From an uncultured virus (IMG/VR IMGVR_UViG_3300031413_000601) (lineage: Duplodnaviria > Heunggongvirae > Uroviricota > Caudoviricetes): 20,000 nucleotides of DNA. The notes below the pieces were generated by a model. It saw only the letters and a program-made list of their open reading frames with translations, was not told the DNA's origin and searched no databases. The stretch lies in the IMG/VR virus record IMGVR_UViG_3300031413_000601; one strand, 5' to 3'. The translations under genes were made by a program, and so were the position numbers. This document shows positions 14,071 through 20,000 of the stretch, piece by piece (the first letter of the stretch is position 1; each line of letters opens with the position of its first letter).

Positions 14071-14484
14071 TTGACTCGCCAGACGTTTTTCCTTGTCCAC
14101 GCCGAGGCCCGGCGCCGCGCCGCTGCTTTCGCTGGTTCGGCCCCGGATGGCTGGATGGTCGTCTTCTCCGAGCCGCGCAAGAAGCGCGCCCAAGAAGAAA
14201 AGTATCACGCGATGATCGGCGAAATCGCGAAACAGATCGATCACATCGGCCGCAAGTGGGACGCGGACGACATGAAGCGCCTGCTGGTGGACGAATTTGC
14301 CGAAGAGATGCGCCTGGCCTGCACGCCGCTGCATCACGACGGCCGCGTCACCGTGAGTTTCGACGGGCGCCGCACCGTACAGCTCGGCATCCAGACCGCC
14401 GAGTTCTACGTGAAGGAAGCGGCGCAGTTTATTGAATTTTTGTATGCCTTCGGCACCGCGCGCGGCGTCGTATTTTCAGAATAG
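14071..14484 (+). CDS. ninB: NinB/Orf-family recombination protein, about 137 aa
   Basis: GGGAG RBS plus TTG start; [22 protein letters not shown]...[11 protein letters not shown]...LGIQT...[18 protein letters not shown]. Confidence 0.88.
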   Translation: MTRQTFFLVHAEARRRAAAFAGSAPDGWMVVFSEPRKKRAQEEKYHAMIGEIAKQIDHIGRKWDADDMKRLLVDEFAEEMRLACTPLHHDGRVTVSFDGRRTVQLGIQTAEFYVKEAAQFIEFLYAFGTARGVVFSE

Positions 14485-14491
14485 GATCACC

Positions 14492-15955
14492 ATGTTCAAA
14501 AACCTTCAGATCTACCGCCTCCCGCGCAATTGGCCCATGACCGCCGAGACGCTGGCCGCCGCGCTGGAGCCGCACGCATTCACGCCGGCCAGCAGCAATG
14601 AGCTGGTCCGCCAGGGCTGGGACGCACCTCGCAAGGACGGCGGCCTCGTGCATGCCGTGAACAAGCAAATGCTGATCCGCCTGCGCGGCGAGAAGAAGCT
14701 GCTGCCAGCCACCGTAATCAACCAGGTGACGAAGGCGCGTTCCGCCGAAATGGAAGAAGCGCAAGGCTTCGCGCCGGGAAAGAAGGCGATGAAAGAATTG
14801 AAGGAACGCGTAGCGGACGAGCTGCTGCCGCGCGCTTTCAGCATCGAGTCGAACATCTGGACTTGGATCGATCCGGTGAACGGATGGCTGGTGGTGGACG
14901 CGGCCAGCCCGTCGAAGGCCGACGAGGTGATCAAGTTGCTGCTCAAGGCCGTGGACAAGCTGCCGCTGGAAAGCCTGCGCGTGCAGCGCTCGCCGGTGGG
15001 CGTGATGACCGAATGGCTGCAAACCGACGAGGCGCCGGCCGGCTTCACCGTGGACATGGACGCCACGCTGCGCGCCACCGGCGAGAGCAAAGCCCAGGTG
15101 GCTTACAAACGCCACACACTGGAGCCGGGCGAGGTCCGCCGCCACATCGAGGCGGGCAAGCAGTGCACGCGCCTGGCCATGACCTGGGACAGCAAGATCA
15201 GCTTCGTGCTGGACGAGACGCTGGCCATCAAATCGATCAAGCCGCTCGACGTGCTGACTGAAGAAACGCGCGGCACCAGCCGCAACGATGACGAGCGCTT
15301 CGACGGCGACTTCATGCTGATGACCGGCGAGCTGGCGAAGATGCTGGCGGACGTGGTCGATGCGCTGGGCGGCGAGGCAACGGTGGATTCGCCCGGCGTG
15401 GAGAAGCGCGCAGCGCCGGGCGTGCAGCCGAAGATCGAGCGCGCCGTGCGCCTGAGCGCTGATCTGTACAAGGTCCGCAGTCACTATCGTGACGGGCTGG
15501 CCGAGCTTTATCAGGAAACCATTGAGCCGGCCATCGCGAGCCTGCACGAGAAGATGTCGGTCACCGGCGAGTGCGCGATTACATGCGCCATTGCCCTGGC
15601 CAAGGCCCTGCCGGCGGGATCGCAAGCCGGGCAGCTTTACCTGGTGGCGGCGGTCGAAATCCTGGAGCCAAGCCTGCGGCCAGCAGCCGGAGACGAGCCT
15701 GTGCGCGAGCAGCGCGTGGTGAAGAGCCTGGGCGCCGACATACCCGCTGGCGACGGCAGCGCCACCGATCCGCTGTACGACCAGGCCGTGGCGGTGGTGC
15801 GCACCAACCAGCGGGCGTCGATTTCGCTGGTGCAGCGACACCTGCGCGTAGGCTACAACCGCGCGGCGCGGTTGCTTGAGGCGATGGAGGGTTCGGTAGT
15901 CGGGCCAATGGTCGGCGACCACCGCGAAGTGCTGGCGCAGGGAGCGGCAGCATGA
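14492..15955 (+). CDS. rdgC: Recombination-associated protein RdgC fused, via an extra helical insert, to an FtsK-gamma winged helix, 487 aa
   Basis: [10 protein letters not shown]...[10 protein letters not shown]...LLPRAFS...[12 protein letters not shown]...[18 protein letters not shown]-terminal [11 protein letters not shown]...[25 protein letters not shown]. Confidence 0.95.
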   Translation: MFKNLQIYRLPRNWPMTAETLAAALEPHAFTPASSNELVRQGWDAPRKDGGLVHAVNKQMLIRLRGEKKLLPATVINQVTKARSAEMEEAQGFAPGKKAMKELKERVADELLPRAFSIESNIWTWIDPVNGWLVVDAASPSKADEVIKLLLKAVDKLPLESLRVQRSPVGVMTEWLQTDEAPAGFTVDMDATLRATGESKAQVAYKRHTLEPGEVRRHIEAGKQCTRLAMTWDSKISFVLDETLAIKSIKPLDVLTEETRGTSRNDDERFDGDFMLMTGELAKMLADVVDALGGEATVDSPGVEKRAAPGVQPKIERAVRLSADLYKVRSHYRDGLAELYQETIEPAIASLHEKMSVTGECAITCAIALAKALPAGSQAGQLYLVAAVEILEPSLRPAAGDEPVREQRVVKSLGADIPAGDGSATDPLYDQAVAVVRTNQRASISLVQRHLRVGYNRAARLLEAMEGSVVGPMVGDHREVLAQGAAA

Positions 15956-16326
15956 GCGCGTGGATCCGATACACCCTTACCTTTGACGACACCTGCAGCG
16001 ATGTCGTGGTCGATGTGCGCGCGCCAGAAAGCGACGAGACAGTCGCCCTGTGCACGATGATCAATGAGTTCTGGGGCGGTGCCGACGACCGGCTTGCTGA
16101 GGCTGACGACGATGTCGTGATCGCGGTGCTCAACATGCTGTGCCGGCGCGCGCTGGCAGAGGAAATCTCCAGTGGCATCGGCGCCGTGTACGAGTTCGCT
16201 GTACGCGGCGTTGAAGGCTGGCCGTTGCTGAACGGATCGAGCGGCATCCGGCTGGTGAGCGTGGAGCGCATCGACTTCGAAAACGAGGTCAGCATCCGGA
16301 AAGAATTGATCGAGGTGAAAGAGTGA
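15952..16326 (+). CDS. DUF2528-like phage protein
   Basis: [12 protein letters not shown]...AVLNML...[17 protein letters not shown]. Confidence 0.75.
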   Translation: MSAWIRYTLTFDDTCSDVVVDVRAPESDETVALCTMINEFWGGADDRLAEADDDVVIAVLNMLCRRALAEEISSGIGAVYEFAVRGVEGWPLLNGSSGIRLVSVERIDFENEVSIRKELIEVKE

Positions 16327-17285
16327 GCGAGAACACGAAAATCGAATGGGCAGACCACACGTTTAATCCGTGGGAAGGTTGCACCAAGGTCGGCCCAGGC
16401 TGCGACCACTGCTACGCCGAGACGCGCAACGCGCGCTTCGCTGGGGGCACGGCCGTCAACTGGGGGCCGGGCGCGCCGCGCCGACGCACCAGCGCTGCCA
16501 ACTGGCGCAAGCCGCTGGCGTGGAACGCTGCTGCAGCTGACTTCATGGCGGCGCACGGCCGGCGCCAGCGCGTGTTCTGCGCCAGCCTGGCCGACGTCTT
16601 CGACAACGCTGTAGATCCGCAGTGGCGCTTCGATCTGATGCGCCTGATCGAGCAAACCCCGGCGCTGGATTGGCTGCTGCTGACCAAGCGTATCGGCAAT
16701 GCGGCTGCGATGCTGGATCAGGCGTTGCTGGCGATCAACCACGGCCGTTGGAATTGGCGCGATAACACCTTTCCTAACGTTTGGCTTGGCGCCACGGTCG
16801 TCGACCAGGTCGAGGCCGACCGCGACATACCGAAATTGCTGGCCGTGCCTGCCGCGCACCGGTTCCTGAGCATCGAGCCGCTGCTGGGCGAACTCGATCT
16901 CAGCCTGTTCCTGCACGACGCGCACCTGCCTGTCGGCCAATCCGTTGATTGGGTGATCGCGGGCGGCGAGTCCGGCCCGGGCGCGCGCCCGATGCATCCG
17001 GACTGGGTGCGTGACTTGCGCGACCAGTGCGCGGCCGCCGCCGTGCCGTTCCTGTTCAAGCAATGGGGCGAGTGGACACCTGGCGAATGCGCCGAGAACA
17101 CGCTGGACATGCGGACGGTAGAAGTCGCCGATCTCTCGCTAAATGGCGAATGGCAGTATCAAACCATCGCTGGGAATAGCGAGTTCCATCGCGATGACGA
17201 GCCATCCGTGTACCGCGCCGGCAAGCGCGCCGCCGGCCGCATGCTCGACGGCGTGCAGCACGATGGCTTCCCGAGCATGCCATGA
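16323..17285 (+). CDS. Phage Gp37/Gp68 (DUF5131) radical-SAM-like protein
   Basis: TKIEWADHTFNPWEGCTKVGPGCDHCYAE, VFCASLADVFD, LLLTKR, FLSIEPLLG, WVIAGGESGPGARPMHPDW, FLFKQWG. Confidence 0.95.
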   Translation: MSENTKIEWADHTFNPWEGCTKVGPGCDHCYAETRNARFAGGTAVNWGPGAPRRRTSAANWRKPLAWNAAAADFMAAHGRRQRVFCASLADVFDNAVDPQWRFDLMRLIEQTPALDWLLLTKRIGNAAAMLDQALLAINHGRWNWRDNTFPNVWLGATVVDQVEADRDIPKLLAVPAAHRFLSIEPLLGELDLSLFLHDAHLPVGQSVDWVIAGGESGPGARPMHPDWVRDLRDQCAAAAVPFLFKQWGEWTPGECAENTLDMRTVEVADLSLNGEWQYQTIAGNSEFHRDDEPSVYRAGKRAAGRMLDGVQHDGFPSMP

Positions 17286-17716
17286 ACCCGCGCATTTACA
17301 AGAAGCAGGCGAAGCGCGCGGTGGAGCTGCTGCGCAGCCATGGCGACAGCACCGAATACGTCGCGAGTGAAGAACCTGGTGTGATCGACATCCCGATGAA
17401 GTATCCGCGCATTAAGTGGCTGCGCCGCGCCAACCCTGCGCGTTACAACCTGTGGCAGCGGATTGGCAGCATTCCAGAGCATCACTACCTCAGTTTTGAC
17501 GAATGGGATGGGCATGATGCGCGTACCGGCTGGATTCAGCATTACGACCATGCGCGCCTTCCACCCGACTACTGGGATGGCCCTGAGTGGGGCGACGGTG
17601 GCGGTAAGCCGTGGCCACGTATGTCCACGGCACAACGCATGAGCATGTGGCGCCTCAACCAGATCGCGCCGGGCTGGCGATGGCGCGGCGGCCGCGTGAT
17701 GAAGGTGAAGTCGTGA
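17282..17716 (+). CDS. Hypothetical Trp/Arg-rich protein, 144 aa
   Basis: ATGA-coupled; MNPRIYKKQAKRAVELL start. Confidence 0.8.
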   Translation: MNPRIYKKQAKRAVELLRSHGDSTEYVASEEPGVIDIPMKYPRIKWLRRANPARYNLWQRIGSIPEHHYLSFDEWDGHDARTGWIQHYDHARLPPDYWDGPEWGDGGGKPWPRMSTAQRMSMWRLNQIAPGWRWRGGRVMKVKS

Positions 17717-17811
17717 CGCCCCGCACCTTCCGACGCGTGGCCTGCATCGGCGCACTCAAGCTGTACGGGTTGTGCCTGGCCGCCCTGCTCTGCGACTGGA
17801 TGTCGAAGTGA
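17713..17811 (+). CDS. Small hydrophobic peptide, 32 aa
   Basis: GTGA overlaps at both ends. Confidence 0.55.
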   Translation: MTPRTFRRVACIGALKLYGLCLAALLCDWMSK

Positions 17812-18041
17812 GCGCGCGCGACCCGCTGACGGCGGCCACCGAGCAGGACCAGGCCGACCAGCACGACCTGCGCATCCACCGCGCAATGCAGCGTGCGCTG
17901 CCGGTGATCCACAACGGATTGAAAAAGTTCATCGCCGGCTTCTGCCACCACAGCGGCGATGCGGAAATGGTGGTCTACCTCAAGGGCAGTCCGACACCGG
18001 TGCGGCCATGTGACATTACGATATTGGAGCAACCCCAATGA
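17808..18041 (+). CDS. Hypothetical protein, 77 aa
   Basis: GTGA-coupled start; stop overlaps the next ATG. Confidence 0.7.
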   Translation: MSARDPLTAATEQDQADQHDLRIHRAMQRALPVIHNGLKKFIAGFCHHSGDAEMVVYLKGSPTPVRPCDITILEQPQ

Positions 18042-18760
18042 TTGACCTCGATAAACTTGAAGCGCTGGCGCGCGCGGCGACGCCGGGCCCATGGCATTTT
18101 CTTTTTGTTGAAAGCGACGACAGCGCCTATCCGTCCGACGGATGCCACGTCTACGCCGACAACAAGAAGCCGCTGATTACCGACGATGATGCACCGTGCG
18201 AAAGCGATTCGATCTACATCGCCGCCGCCAACCCGGCCGCTGTGCTCGAGCTGATCGCCCTCGCGCGCCAGGCTACCGGCGTCGGCATAGCCGCCATCCC
18301 GCTGGTGAGCGGCGAGCAGCTGGCGCGGACATTCCCGGTTGCGGAGGAATCTAATTACCCCGAATTCGATGGATTTACTCCGCATTCGGTGCAGCAGCAT
18401 ACGCCACTTGCGATCCACGGCCAAGCTGGCGACATCTTCGACCTGATTCGCGAGTGGGCGCACCTGCCGGAGAACAAGCGCGGGAACGTGGCGCGCCGCA
18501 TTATTAAACACCTGAATCGGACGTACGCGGCTGGCGTTCGCGATACTCGCACTCAGCTGGCCGTTGCGGGCGACGCCAAATTCACGCCATTGGCTCTGGA
18601 GCAGGCCGCCCAGGCGTGCGACCAACAGGCCGATGGCACCAACGGCCCGTACCGCACGGCGTGCTTGCAATGCGCCAACGCGGTGCGCGAGCTGCGCGAC
18701 GCCGCCATTAACGCTGATGACCGGCAGGCGGTCGCAACCGACCAGGGGACCCACCCGTGA
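18038..18760 (+). CDS. Ead/Ea22-like phage protein, 240 aa
   Basis: LDKLEALARAATPGPW...YIAAANPAAVLELI N-terminal signature; GGAG RBS. Confidence 0.85.
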   Translation: MIDLDKLEALARAATPGPWHFLFVESDDSAYPSDGCHVYADNKKPLITDDDAPCESDSIYIAAANPAAVLELIALARQATGVGIAAIPLVSGEQLARTFPVAEESNYPEFDGFTPHSVQQHTPLAIHGQAGDIFDLIREWAHLPENKRGNVARRIIKHLNRTYAAGVRDTRTQLAVAGDAKFTPLALEQAAQACDQQADGTNGPYRTACLQCANAVRELRDAAINADDRQAVATDQGTHP

Positions 18761-19095
18761 AATTCGACGAAAGCGAACTGGCCCGCATTGCCGAACTGGT
18801 GGCAAGCAAAAACAAGAACCCGCTGGGCGAGTTGAACCGGCAACAGATTTGCACCGCGCTTGGCGTGAGCGAATCAACAATCCGGCGGCTCGAACAGCAG
18901 GGAATGCCGTACACGCCAGTGGGAGCGCGCTCCAAACGCTACGACCTGGCAGAATGCAAAAATTGGTTAAAGGAAAACAATACATGTCCATCTGGGACGA
19001 CAAAAACGGCCGCAAACACGTCGGGATCATGGTCGCCGGGAAAAGAGTTCACCGAATCTTGCCGGAAGGTGCAACTACGAGTGATGCCAAGCTAG
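18757..19095 (+). CDS. xis: Excisionase-like winged-HTH protein
   Basis: LNRQQICTALGVSESTIRRLEQQGMP...RYDLAECKNWL; directly upstream of and overlapping int. Confidence 0.8.
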   Translation: MKFDESELARIAELVASKNKNPLGELNRQQICTALGVSESTIRRLEQQGMPYTPVGARSKRYDLAECKNWLKENNTCPSGTTKTAANTSGSWSPGKEFTESCRKVQLRVMPS

Positions 19096-20000
19096 TCGAG
19101 GCTGAGCTTCGCGCGGCGGTGGCGCGGGCACCGAAGGAAAAGAAGGTCGCCATCCCCGGCGATCCGCCGATGCTGCAAATCCTCGAGATCTACATGCAGC
19201 ACTCCGAGACGTTGCGCAGCGCAAGCACTTCTAAACACCACGCGATGCGCCTGATACCGTGGGCTAAAAAGTACCGCGCTAGCCAGGCGCAGGAGTTTGC
19301 TGACCACGTGATTCGTGATATGAGGAAGCTTATCGACGACCCCAAAACAGGAGGTCAGAAGCCGGCGTATGCGGCGGCAACGATCAACCGATCGCTTGCC
19401 TGCGCTAAGAAGGGGCTGACTCTCGCGTGGAAGCGGCGCCTGACGCAAGAAAACCACGGGCTGCGCATCGAGGCGGTATCGGTCAACAACCAACGAGAGG
19501 TATTTTTGACAATAAAGGAAGTGAGCGAAATTGCACAGCACTGCACCAAGCCGGCGCAGGCCGCGATTTGGGCCGCTCTGCTGACCGGCGCCCGCAGGGG
19601 TGAGTTGTTCAAGATTCGGGCCGAGCATATCGGCGTTGACACGATAACGCTGCCCGCCAGTCACACCAAGACCAATCGAATGCGCGTAATCCCGATCATC
19701 CCGGCGCTGCGTCCGTGGCTGGAATACTTCCCCCTCGAACTCACCGTCGACGGCGCAAAGTCGGCTTGGCGCCGCGCCCGGGTGAAGGCAGGCAAGGAAC
19801 ACGTCAATTTTCACGACCTGCGCCACTCTTGCGCCAGCATTATGCTGGGCCTTGGGGTGGACCTATACACGATCAGCAAGATCCTCGGCCACAGCAACGT
19901 ACAAACTACGCAACGCTACGCTCACCTGCAGGTGGACGCGCAACGCGACGCGCTGGGCAAGTTGTCGGCCCTTATAACCCCAGCCGTAGCTCAAAAATAA
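18984..20000 (+). CDS. int: Tyrosine recombinase (phage integrase), 338 aa
   Basis: AAGGA RBS before ATG 18984; LTGARRGE (R), TKT (K), FHDLRHS (HxxR), LGH, TQRY (Y). Confidence 0.96.
   Translation: MSIWDDKNGRKHVGIMVAGKRVHRILPEGATTSDAKLVEAELRAAVARAPKEKKVAIPGDPPMLQILEIYMQHSETLRSASTSKHHAMRLIPWAKKYRASQAQEFADHVIRDMRKLIDDPKTGGQKPAYAAATINRSLACAKKGLTLAWKRRLTQENHGLRIEAVSVNNQREVFLTIKEVSEIAQHCTKPAQAAIWAALLTGARRGELFKIRAEHIGVDTITLPASHTKTNRMRVIPIIPALRPWLEYFPLELTVDGAKSAWRRARVKAGKEHVNFHDLRHSCASIMLGLGVDLYTISKILGHSNVQTTQRYAHLQVDAQRDALGKLSALITPAVAQK

Larger units (their letters stand above)
1..20000. mobile_element. Lambdoid prophage, early, immunity, recombination and integration modules (partial; continues left of the window)
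   Basis: Divergent cro/cI with operators, antirepressor, RecT/YqaJ, NinB, RdgC, xis-int, and dense ATGA/GTGA-coupled small ORFs. Confidence 0.97.

Noticed and set aside
9984..17063. Long - strand ORFs (405, 328, 425, 497 and 494 aa)
   Set aside because: They lie opposite recT, yqaJ, the coiled-coil gene, rdgC and DUF5131, which have clear motifs and coupling.
16323..17285. DUF5131 plus C5 methyltransferase as a DNA hypermodification system
   Set aside because: The genes are 14 kb apart in opposite operons, both are common independent prophage genes, and no other modification enzymes are present.
18564..18983. 478-aa integrase start at 18564
   Set aside because: It overlaps two better-supported genes; ATG 18984 has an AAGGA RBS and gives a normal-sized integrase.
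19960..20000. Attachment site next to int
   Set aside because: The window ends at the int stop codon; no att core or tRNA is visible.

Overview
This window is the early and immunity half of an intact-looking lambdoid (temperate) prophage from a GC-rich host; a betaproteobacterial, probably Oxalobacteraceae-like, host is my inference from the gene families. A divergent cro (-)/cI (+) switch at 4.6-5.6 kb has three 16-bp operators, and two matching operators sit at a pL-like promoter at 7.1 kb. Leftwards (- strand) run cro, hypothetical genes, a Rha-KilAC antirepressor, an HTH protein and a large C5 cytosine methyltransferase. The methyltransferase is missing from the ORF track because it runs off the window edge. 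Between cI and pL lie two visibly AT-richer membrane-protein cargo genes in the rex position, closed by a terminator. The pL-like operon (+) holds many small translationally coupled ORFs, a highly structured non-coding block at 8.35-8.98 kb, recT, a YqaJ exonuclease, a coiled-coil protein, KTSC, ninB, an RdgC-FtsK-gamma fusion, DUF2528, DUF5131, an Ead/Ea22-like gene, xis and a tyrosine integrase ending at base 20000. The most interesting leads are (1) a lysogeny-locus membrane protein with a tape-measure-like module and a candidate nested leaderless isoform, (2) a 20-bp duplex enclosing a 79-nt cloverleaf-like RNA next to a small SH3/KOW-like protein, (3) about 10 tandem P-x-x-T-[ILV]-T repeats in the methyltransferase variable region, and (4) apparently leaderless cI and cro. 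All family assignments come from motif recognition by eye; no database searches were run.
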